NCBI GenBank assembly: GCA_040954595.2 | Contig: CM082583.2 | Span: 4,951,374 to 5,015,373, forward strand | Source of the DNA: Balanoglossus misakiensis | Taxonomy: Eukaryota; Animalia; Hemichordata | Direction of reading: 5' to 3' | DNA length: 64,000 nucleotides | Part shown: positions 24,801 through 36,800 of the stretch, in pieces | Numbering within the stretch: the stretch's first letter is position 1 | Layout of the letters: every line of letters starts with the position of its first letter | Notes under the pieces: model-generated | The model's database searches: none | What the model saw: only the letters and a program-made list of their open reading frames with translations | What the model was told of the DNA's origin: nothing | Made by a program: the position numbers and the translations under genes

Positions 24801-27800
24801 AGTAGCTTGGATTAGTCCAAGACACCATGATGATACTATAGCAATTTACTTATCACCACAACCCTTCCTTGTCTTTCCACTGTATTCACATCAAAATACC
24901 ATGTTATATCTTTATCATCATGCCCTCCCCCCTCTGTTCAAGTTGTGACATATTTCAACTCTGTTCCCTGTAATTCATCAAAATCTACAAAATTGTCTGT
25001 AGTCTTCGTTGCAAACATGTTCCTGTCCACTGTAAGTTTTGCATGTCATTATTTTCTGAAACCCTGTCTTTTCTATTCTTTTTCATTTTTTTTCTCTCCC
25101 ATTCTAGGTTCTGCCTCATGTGCTGTTGCATCATAGGGATAAGGGCAGATATCTTGACGAGGTATAATAATAATAACAATGGCAAAGTAACAAAATAAAA
25201 AAAGTGGGGGTGGGGTGGGGCGCAGGGTGAAGTTTGTGCGCTTTTAGTAATAACTAGCTGGCATGGCGTGACTTATTATAGACTTACATGCGCAGTCATT
25301 CTAATATTAATACTCCATTGTTTCATATTGATATTGTTTGAAATTGATATCCAGATGCCCTGTCATATTTTGATTAGGTGTAGCACCTAGGTCAAAGGTT
25401 AGCTGGGTCAGAAGTTAGTGCAAAATATAGCCATCTCTCAGAAACACTTCATGCACTCTCTGCCTCTGTCTAATCTACAGATTGATCAGAAACTTCACCT
25501 AGGAGTGGAAAAATGGCTTTTTGTCAGTTTTGTCCTGGCCAATCCAAGCAATATCAACATGGCAATGTCTAGTCACTAATTTCTTGCGAAAAAAAGTGCA
25601 AATAACAGCGCAAGATACGTGTTTGTGCAATTAGCGGACGGTTTGCCTGATAATTGGTCGCTTAGCCATAGATCAATAACAGAGCATGCTATCAAGGTGT
25701 CATTCAATATTTCTAACCATTTCCCCCGTAGTTTTACCACCTTCCTACACTTTGTGTAAACAATTGTAAAAAATCACTTGTAGAAGCAGACCTAACCATG
25801 ACTGGTTGGTGGGGAAAGGAAACTTTGATAATGATGACAATCATTAACTTTAATTTTTATTATTTTTTAAGGTACAGATAAAGTTTCACCAAGAACACCT
25901 GTAATGTTAAGCCAGTAGTCACACGTTTTGTGTGTAAAAAAGTTTAAGGAGGATTCCATCATTCTAGTTGCTGTGGATATCGTTGCATAGCAACTCGAAT
26001 AGTGGAAGCCATTCTTAAAGGAAGGGCTCTCACTAACATATGGAGCATGCTTTTCTAACAGTTTGTGTTCAGCATAGCTGAGGTAATTCTTAGTCCAACA
26101 GGAATGATATATTGTTGATTTTTTTAAGTTTTGGAGAATGTTTGTTTCCATTTTGCTTGCAATCGTTTTTGTATGCTGTTTCAAGTTTGCATAATGAATT
26201 GCTGTGATTATGCATGAGTTTGTACATCATTACTTGGTGTGTGTTAAATTCGACAACTTCACTAGTAGAATATCTCAGTTCTGTTATGAATTTATAAGTA
26301 CAAGTAAAAAACAGAACAAATGTCAGTAAAAAGGGGTAAGTATACCACTTGAGGGCAGTGTTCACACTTACGGTTTCTGCGTTGACCGCTTTCTTTATGC
26401 CGCTAGCCTCCTGGGGGCAGTATTCACACGGGTTAATGACAGACCAGCCATTGGGATTGTATTTTATGGAGGGATGTACAAATAAGTCGTTTTTGTCATG
26501 TACACACAGGTTGGAAAGCTTTGCCTAAATCGGCAGAAGTTGAAATATCTGATAGTCTAAATCCGCAGGATTTGAGGTTGAAGAGTGAATGGAAAAAAAA
26601 TGAAATGTGTATGCTAATACATTGTCCATTAGTTAGTGCATTCTCTCACAAAGGCACGTGGTACTAGCTAATATAGCTTAACAGGCGTAGAAGGCTGCAC
26701 TAAGCGCCGAGAGTGATGTTGCGACGGCGTCTTAGTCTGTACACAGACGTTTATGCGTCCCTAATGGCCTTGTAATCCCAGCCAGTGTCTACATGGCACC
26801 GTGGAAATGCCGAGGATTATTTAAGTGAATTTCACCCACGAACCCAGTTCATCGGTGATCCCGGGAGACGGGGGAATTAGCGGCGCGGGCGGACGCAAAT
26901 CCATGTTTTGGTTTCATCTTCCGATTAGCCGCGCTAATCCGTATCAATTTCTGGCACGGGGGAGTGATTAGGCCGCCACGGCCGAATTGGAAAACGAACA
27001 GGACACGACGTAATTGACAGATTTCATTAACACTGTCATGGAACATTTCAATTGTGGGTGGGTTTTTCTCTGACTCCGAAATCGCGCTCTCGAAATAACA
27101 TTTATTTGATCTGTCTGATCACGGTTGCCCCCGCGACGCGAATTCTCTGAAATTCAAACCTTGGATGTGGTATGGGCACAGAATTCCCCCGAGGAAAAGT
27201 CCGCATCCATTTTGTTTTATTTCCTAATTTGATGGGCATTTGATATTTTTCTCTCTCTGAAAGTCAATGTGGATTGTGCATATACCCCACGTCTAATTGA
27301 TCTCCCTTTGGAGTGTGCAGTGTGGTATGACTGATCATCTTTCCAGAGATGCTAATGCTGGTGATATTACAAAGTCATAGACCTTTCAGACGAAGATTAC
27401 CGCAACAAATACACCGTCAATGTGAATGCGCCACAAATTGTAATTTTATTCAGGGATTAGGAGTAAAAAAAACCTGGCATTTTCTTTTTTTCTTTTATCT
27501 GGTTATATCTTGATACTCCATTTAGTTGGACCAGAGTAATGATTTCTTAATTTGTATCTTCTTAATTTTAAATGAAATAAAAGTGTCGGGGGAAATCTGG
27601 TTTTGTTTTGTAGCGGTAAGCCAAATGTTCAAACGCACTGAACCCATCTGAATGTTATATCCACACGGCAGTAGGCAAAACTTTTCCGCTGCTCTGTATC
27701 TTCACAGTCACTCACACACACTTGATCAAAAAAAAACTGACAGATTAAAAAAAGAAGTTTGTTAATATCTTCAAGGTTCTATTTAGCCTAAGCTAACCAC

Positions 27801-30800
27801 CTCTGTTTGTTTGCTCTTTCAGGTGAAGCCACACTTGTTGCGAACCTTGCAACACCGCCACGTGACGCAGGTAGCCTGCGGCGAGCGTCACTCAGTGTTC
27901 CTCTTCGACACGGGCACCGTAGCAGGATGCGGGTGAGTACGCTAAATGAAAATGAAAATAAATTTTTTTTTAAGTTGTGCTGCTAATGAAAACTCCCCCC
28001 CCCCCTCCCCCCTGGGGGCAAGTTCCGTGAAGGTCAACCGCAAGGAACGCTGATAGATGATGTAGAAATGCACTTTGGCTGTACGATTTCGAGCAGCGGT
28101 GTAGCGTGGCCCGAAGGCCCTAATAGACTAAGTGAAGAGACGGGGAACTGCGTCGACCGGGTAATTTATCGAAGACAGCGGTTTGGGAGCTCTTGAAGAT
28201 TGCTTTGAAAAAGGTGGTCACCGAGGTTAAGTGGTATTCGGAGACTGTAATAAAGTTTAAAACGATGAGAGGAGTTGGGGGATGGCACGTCTCCATGGCG
28301 ACACACGTCGCTAATTAACCAGCCGGAAAGAAATATGAAGAAGTGGAGGGGGATGGGGGATCAGCAGAGTGGGAAGATCATAACAAGGTCCTCGTCAGAG
28401 TGGAGAGGGTGGGCAGGGAAGCGGGGTGACCTTTAATGATGAAGTATGCTTTTTCATTTTCATCTGGCAAATTCATGTTCATCGGGTTGCCTTCGGGGGA
28501 TTTGGAAAAACGGGGAGGGTCAGGCTGGATGACACCGAGCTGTGCGGTGACAAATGGCTTATTCTGGGGAGCATGATGTGAAAACAACGGGTGATATTAC
28601 TTTATAGATACAGTACTGTAAAACAGGTTATTTTCCCGACAGGAAATTTTTCGCGATATCAGAAGAGGCAACTGTTACGCGAGGATTAATTTTCACGTTC
28701 TCGGATTTCACTGCATCGTTATCTCTTGAAAACATTTATACACGATGTTTTATTTTCACGTTTTTGGGGGTTTCGAGTATTTAGTTAAAATTTATTGCTC
28801 GCAAAAATAACCCGTTTTACAGTATATGCAGATGAGTCATTGGAAGCAACGAGTTTGAACTGGGTGCGTGATGCGAACAGAATCAATCATCTTCGTTTTA
28901 TTAGGAGGAAAAGAGACCATGTTTTCATCTAGATCATCCGCTTATTGCACTAAAAAAGTTGCTTTCATACATGTCTTAAAAAATGAATATCGACTTGCTT
29001 GAATTTGCAAAAAAAAATTGATGGTACATAACCATTTATAGCATGTGGATAAGTGATTTTTTGTGTGCGTGTGGGGAAGCAAAACTGAAGTTGACTGTTT
29101 CCAAATTAGCCATTAAGAAGGTTGTATCTTGAGTTGAACTTTGGATATCAAATTTAATATTTTCCATCAATACAGCTTTCAATTGTAATATATATAATGG
29201 CAGGGTTAAGGTAGCACTGTGCCTGAGCAATTTTTCTTTTCAAAGCCATATTTCTCATCAATGGCATTGCGGGAACCCCCACAAACCATTCATTTTCGTA
29301 AAGCTGAGAATCCCAACTTTAATACTTAGATGTAGTTACTTTACTCGGAAGTGAAAAATGAAGACATTATTAGTCAGAAAATATCATTTGGACATGTTTA
29401 AACTTCTGGGTTTTTCCTATAAATAAGTGTCAGCATAAGACAAAGCACTTGTATATCAAAGTATGAAATTTGACCAGAACCGCAATGTACACTGAACATA
29501 CCACTTAAAATGCAAGAAGGGAAGTTGAAAGTTAGATTACTTTAGTGAAATATCTGTAATAAAAGCAGATATCAGTCTTATTCAGCTATATTAGCAACCT
29601 TTTAGGGTTTGGATAATTTCCCAATGCTGGATTGTTTCCTCATATTTGCATTGAATTAGAACTTTATCTTCATCCTAATTTTTGCATAACAGGGCAGATA
29701 TACAAAAAAGTTTAAATTTCTGAGGAAAACATTTGCCTTCAAAATAAGAAAAAAGTGTGTAAATGACACTGACTCATTTTATTTATCAAGCACAGTAAAA
29801 GTTTTCAAAAGTTTTTAGTAGCACCATCTCTTCAGGGGACTTCACTATTTTAACCCTTTCACCCCCCCCCCACTTCCCTCTATAGAGGTCCAACTGTACC
29901 ATAAAAAAAACAATGGATTTGGACCAAACCATGGTGGTGAAAGGGTTAAAACTCAAGTCAATGCAGTAAAACCCAGACTCAGCACAGTTTGTATCAACCA
30001 TAATTGGCGAAACTTCAAGAGAGGAAATAGAAAATGTTCGCAATGGGACAAATAAATTGTACCGGTATGAATGAAGGTACTGGTACACTACACACGTCAG
30101 TGATTCTTGCGTTTGAGTTACGGCGGGGAGCGTGTGCTTTGTCGAAGTGCAGCGGGGGTATCTGTGCTCCGTCGTATTTTCTCATACAGCTTTTAACTGT
30201 GATAAACCACAATTGCAGCCACACGCAGAGCCATAAAAAAGAGGGGGGAACAAACACCGATATGGTTTACACAGATTAAAACCTCATTGCCGACTTCTTT
30301 TCCATCAAAATTAATGAAACCGCAATAAAAGAACTTTATTATATTTACGGCAGGTATGGGCAGGTCGATCGACATTAGAAACCGCTGCAAAGGAGGGCTC
30401 TCAAATATGAATGAAAATATCAAAGTGTTATGGCAATAACTTATAATAAGGAGACTCGGGTTTAATGACTCCGTTCTGTGGCCATTAAAGGTGCGGTTGT
30501 TATCAGTAATAATCATAAATTATTAGCGTATAATATCTTGGCGCGGGGTTATTTTTATGAAAAGGCGCACTTCACTTTCTTAGAAATCGGCGAAATTTCC
30601 ACAGCTTTAATGAATAGTGGCCGATCCTCTGGGTGAATTAATCCCCAAGGGTGCATCACTCGGGAATGAAGAGGAAGGCATGTCCTGTCCTGACTTCATT
30701 AGGGCCAATTACGGGTTCATATCTGCCTCTCAAGCGATAATATTTTCTGTGAAATTGAAATAATCTGCGCGTGTTGGTAATAGCGGGCGGTTCTATTCTC

Positions 30801-33800
30801 TGGAGTTAGTTGATTGGTTACAAGTTGCTGTGATGTGTGGTGTGTCTCCTCCCTCTGGGTGCTGAGTGCCACAGCGCTGCATTCACTTCGTACTTTCATT
30901 CCGCCGACTTTTATACGTTCAGATTTGTACAAGTGCGTTTGGTCGCCAGTTTGCAGTCTTTCACAGAATGGAACTTGGAAGTTTATTGTTAATGTTACCA
31001 AAATCCGTTTGATGAGTTAGCTGTCTTTTCTCTCCGAAATTCAAAGTGACTGCTTTCTTTTCAATTCAAAGCTATTAGTCTACTTCTAGCACTTCAAAGT
31101 GAAGAAATGTCACAGAATACAAATTTGGAAGTTTCCTATACACTGGACACCTTTGCAAACTTAACAATTTCTCCAGTCTTTGATGTCTGGTTTAGACAGA
31201 TTTCACTGTCAAATTTCAATCGATGCCATTTGCACAACATAGCTGAGCACTTCAGCCACACAACAAATGATGTGCTTGTATGCATTTTACATGAATGGAA
31301 GTCTTCCTGCTATATGTTTTATTACCTCACCCATGTTTAACGTTATCAGTGTTGCTTTTGTCTCATTATACCAGTCACCAACCGTTGCATGAGCCTTTTT
31401 TCTGAACAGCGCCACCTATGGTCAGACTGCCATAAAACAAGAATGGAAATCTGTGTCTCATTTTCCTACCGTTTAAAACACTTCTCTGTAAAAGGGGCAT
31501 GTCTAGTATGTCTTGTTTTGAAAGCACTTGTCATACTTCTTCTTTTCTTTTTAAAGTTCTCAAGGGCGCAGATCGGTGTCAATTTCCTCCCCCTGCAGTT
31601 CTTTCTAGAATTCCCCCTCGTCATATCTGCCCTGCATGCTGATTAACCCTAAGTATCTTGTACATGTATGTATGTATGTACAGGATGCAGATTAAAGTCC
31701 AAAAGAAACCTCTAATGTTAACAAATATAGTTCCCGGGGTGTTTTTTTCTCTCATATAGTCCATTGAAAATGTGGTCAATTTAAGAAAACTCTGCAGGGC
31801 TGGGTTTATTATACACTGAAATCACATGAATACTGCTTGAAGTAAAAAAAAGTTGTGTAGTAAAGTCAGAGTGTTAGAAGTCCCAGAGGCTTGTAGAGCT
31901 GATTATTACCAAGATACCAAACAATGACAAGAAGCAGCCAAAATTGTGTTCGAAGTGGTTTAAAATTTCAAACCAAGTCTTCCATCAAGCTAAGGTTTCC
32001 ATCCTCCTCCCGCTTCACGACAGATTCCATCCATATATTACCACGTAATGCAGAAACATTTCCTATTGGGAAATGGCGATCTATTTAATTTACCATCAGG
32101 GATGTATTTCTCAATTAGATTTGATGCACCGCCGATTACCGCAGCTCGACCCAAATTTGACAACTTATTTATATTTTTAATTTTCGCCTGATTTATGGCC
32201 GTTCCGAGCGAACGGATCCTCCCCTGGTATTGCGTGCTACGGTGGTGGGGGGATCACGCGCGTCCATTGTGTCAGAATGCATTGCCGTTTGCTCCGAGTC
32301 AATTGATATGAATAATCATGGTCACTTCTTCCATCAGACAAGGTCATATACCTTGCCTGGTTATTAATATTTCATTTCCATCAATTACCCGTGATAAAAC
32401 ACTCGAGTAAAGCAGCCTTTGTATCGTAAACAGGGTTTCTTTTTCCCTCATCCAGCTGGTGTCAGCTTCGCTTAGCCGCGATTGGTCGCAGCTTAAACTT
32501 TCAACTTGAACTTCACCGAAATAATCTCGACGTGCCCGCGCAAATGACTCCGCCGGGACCGCGAACCAATTTTAAATGTAATATTCCTAAATGATAGATT
32601 GTGATTAGGGCTAATATTAAATGTCAGGCATCGAGATAAAATAATGAAGTACTTGGTTTGCACCGCGGAATATTTCTCCCTTGATGAGAATTTTCGAACG
32701 CTAAACATGCATATTTATTCGCAAATTGATAAGCGATGAGATTGAGCCCCGGTTAAATTTTCCAAGGAACTCTTCGTTTTCCATTGCATCTGCATGGGGA
32801 TGTCATTAGCGATAATAATGTTTGTGCCCCTTGGTCGGCGATGTGACTACAGCAATATTGTAATAAGCTTCTGATGGCTTAATGTTAAGTATATTCCCAT
32901 GGCAAATATTAAATGCTGTATAAGTTATTGGTTCCTCTCAGGTCCAAAGTACTCCGGTTATGAAGGAGTATGTTGCAGACAGTTGTTGACAGGTAGACAT
33001 CTCAGCGTGTTCAACTGCATCTCCTTCTCGAGACAACATATTTAGTATTTCAACTAGTCTAGGAGAGTTCTTACTTGTGACCAGTTTTGATAGGATTCAA
33101 TTTACTGTAACGATTCAGATTGGAATCAAATGCAACGGCCCGGTTTTGTTTCCATGGAAACAGCCTACAGCATCTAAGGCTTATGAAACCAACCGTGTGA
33201 AGTTTCATCAGAATTGATTTCCTTCGTTGCATTTTTGCTTCACACCATTATTTCGTGTGCAGCCCTGTTTTCTGCCCGGTTGTCTGTGAAAGCTGTAGGT
33301 TTTCAGCAGAGAGGAGGTTCAGGATTAGGGGTGGTTGAGAATATTGCATTTGGGACTTTGGAATGTTGTGAAACTTGTCCAAGTGAAACACTTTTATGGG
33401 CTTGTGAAATTCCCAGGTTTCATTTGTGCTGCTTGATTGTCCCCGAGAGTTTTGGAATTTAAAACTGATCCTGGAAAGTCTTGGAAAATGCAGGAAGGAT
33501 GAAATTTAGTTCCGGATTATTCTGATTCGGCTAATATACACCCATGCTGTTGTAAAAGTTGACCAACAGGATTAGATTTTTTTCAACACAGTTGTTTCAT
33601 AAACACCTTCCCCCCATCTTAAATGTTTTGGGAAAGTTTATACCTGGGAAACTGGAAAGTCCTGGAATGAAAGACTTTGAGTGGAATGAACCCTGGAATG
33701 AACCAAGAGGGGGTCTTTCAGACAGGTGTTTTGTTAAGAAGGTGTCACTGCCAAGCTCTAAAGGTTATATAGTGTAGAGTGCACCCACTTTATGGCATTG

Positions 33801-36800
33801 TTTCTTTTCTGTAACCATCTGAATGATAATTACGCTTGCCATGGGATTATGAAGCAGATCTGACCACTTATGTGTGTAATGATGTGGGCTACATGCAGAG
33901 TGAATACACTCTCATATTGTCTATCGATCACAGTATTTTAAAAACCACTGCTGCCCACTGCAGCACAAAAATTTCAGATTTAATTACCCGATTGGGATGA
34001 ATTATCCATGTTTGAAACAGCCGCCGAAACATACATTATAACGACATCAGAACTTGTGTGTATCAGAACATGTATGTGTATGCGTCTGTGTGTGTATATG
34101 TGTGTATTATATGTGTGTTAGCTAGCACACCCGGACAAGCCCTGTCAGCTTGCGATGCCTATTCCCATAAAAATATACCCGGGGGCTACCCCTTGGCCCG
34201 CCTGAATGGAAGTACATGTACCCTCAGTAGGGATGCCAGCATTGCAATATCATAATAGCGGCCTTCTAATAGCACTTGCTTCATATGTCAAAGTCACGGC
34301 GCCAGCAGGTGGGGGTGAACTTATAAAAGTGTTTGCTCTCCCGTTTCCCACTTCCCTATTCAAATATTTTCCTGACGTTGTTCATCAATAACGGAAGTTC
34401 ACTTAATATTTTGTGTCCGGTTCCATTTGTGTCTACACATGTCAGTCGTCATCACTTTTTTTTATTAAATTCGAAACTCTATTGACAAATCGCGTCCCTT
34501 TCCCCGACCCGGTGTTGACTGTAATGCACTTCAAACTGGGGACATATTTGCTGGAAGTGGATGACATGTATATTTAGCACACAGTGACAGGGGGGGGGGG
34601 GGCCACCACTGTCGGTTCATAAAAATTCATCAACCGTCATCTTGGGGCTATCAGTCATCACCCGACATTCAATCATTCAAATGAGGAAGAAAAAAATAGG
34701 TGAACATTGTCTTTTCAATCAAAACTTTTACAAAATGACAGATTAATTTTTCTGGCGAATGTGAACATTTGACAGTGAGGACTCCGGGGTCGTCGGGGGC
34801 GATAAGGAGTGTCATGGCGTGTCCGCGGCAACTGATTGTTATGTGTCCGTTGTGTCTTCCTGGCGGAGCATAAATCACGGCAGGATTTGTTGATAAGAAG
34901 TTGCAGTTGACATTATTGCATTTTCATACAGCTTCTAAGTGTGACATTGCAACTCCGTAGTCAGTCGTACATCATCTGCACAATGATGGTGATGGTTTCA
35001 TTCTCTGGTTGCTGCTCTGAGCATTGTCACTTGCAGCATGCCATCACATCAGTGTGGGGTTGGTTGAGAAACGTGGCATAAAACTCGTATGTTCAAAAGA
35101 GCGTACAGTGTGGTTTAACTTTAACCATGAGCGTCATTGGGCAAAATTTCTTGTTTTTGATTTTTGCGCTATATAAACTTTTGTTGATTGATTGATTGAT
35201 TGATAAATTTGCATAGCATCGACATTCTCGGTGAAGATTTTGTCCACAGGCTGCTGTCACGCAATTTTCGAATGATCCAGTAGGCTGTCTGGAGCGGGAC
35301 GGAGAAAAACTATACATGCAAAGTCTCGCCTGCGCATATAAGATTCGGCCTCTCACAGAAAAAAATATAAGTGCATGCGACAATATTGTTGGGGTGTCAC
35401 CATTCATTTTGAGCAGATGGAGTGATTCCGATGATCTCAGCTGATGTTGGCATCTGTGGTCAAAGAGTCCACCAGGGTCCTTGACCTTCGAGGATTTCCT
35501 CAGTGAACTTGTCATCGCTTGTGTGCACATCAGTTCATCTTGTCAAGATCCAGCACCGTGATGACACTGCCCTTGTCAGCATCAATATCATAATTATTCA
35601 GATTATGGAAAAAAAACAGGCATTTGATAAGAGCGTGCCAGGGAGATAAATCTGCGAAGCACCAGAGAATAAAAAATTATGAATAAAATCAGTTTTGGTT
35701 TTAATCAGAGTAATCTTGGTGGTGAATAATGACTGCCTGTCACCTTGGGATTACTTTGGGACACTACTAACTTTGTGAGCCGTTCCGAGTTGTTTGAGCT
35801 AGGGCTTTTATAACCTCTTTTAATTCAAACTGAGAGTTCTTCTTCAATACAGGGTTAACTAACAGCGCACAAAAGAATCGCACAGATGCTGCGATCAATT
35901 TTCTGAATTCGCCGAATCGCGCGACTGTTTCGGTTCTCGTTTTTCCGGCCCCGGCCGTGTACCGCAGCTGAGTATCCTGCCGCTTGGTGGAGGAAGAAAG
36001 AAAGAAAGAAACCCTCTTTGATTATCACAGCCATTCACCAGCCCAACCCCCGGTTGGTACAAATGACACAGTGCATTTCATCAGCTCCAAATTAACGGTT
36101 AATAGACCGTACCTGACTGTTTCCCCCGCCGACATAATTGTGCCAATAAAAGCAAACCACTTCTCCTTCCGATCCCCAACACAAAGTGTAGCAACCGCAC
36201 GATAATCGCGCCCAAAGAGACGCTTAAAATCAACTTTATTTGTCGCGGTAAAAGACATCAGAGAGAAAAATAAGTCCGGTGGATGCGTAGAAAAAAAAAA
36301 TTATTCCGATAATTTGACCACTTTTGAAGGTATTTTTTTGTCATCGTGACTGCGTCCACGCGCAGACAAATGGGAGAGTAATCACGAGGGATTTTTTTTC
36401 TCTATGAGTGCTGTAATTTTCAGCTTGTGGGTTGCAATTGTTCGGACTGGATGTGATGTTAGAGAGTCAACAGGGGTTTCCCAGTGTGTGTGTCAACGTG
36501 CTGTGACATGAATTCCTGTCAACAAGGAATAGCGGCAATTTGCCGAGCAATTTGCGGGGAGAGAGTATGCCACTTTAACATTTTTTTCTTCTCTCTCTCT
36601 CTCTCTCTTCCTTTCTCTCTGTTATTATCCTCTCCCTGCCACAGATGCAACGCCAACGGGCAGATCGGGATTGGGAACAGGGAGGAAGTGGTCACCCCGC
36701 GATTCGTGGAAGAGTCGAGCGACTATCAATACGTCGCCTGCGGAGCGCACCACACGCTGGCCATCGCGGGTAAGTTCAGGCAGCACAGACGTGTGCAGCG

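Noticed and set aside
33330-33700. Repeated (C)TGGAAAGTC(C/T)TGGAA words suggesting a decayed hAT-like MITE
   Set aside because: Could not define both termini or a target-site duplication
35464-35590. Possible fossil RT fragment (VHQG...DDTALV at RT-like spacing)
   Set aside because: In-frame stop and non-RT-like intervening residues; cannot be distinguished from chance without an HMM search
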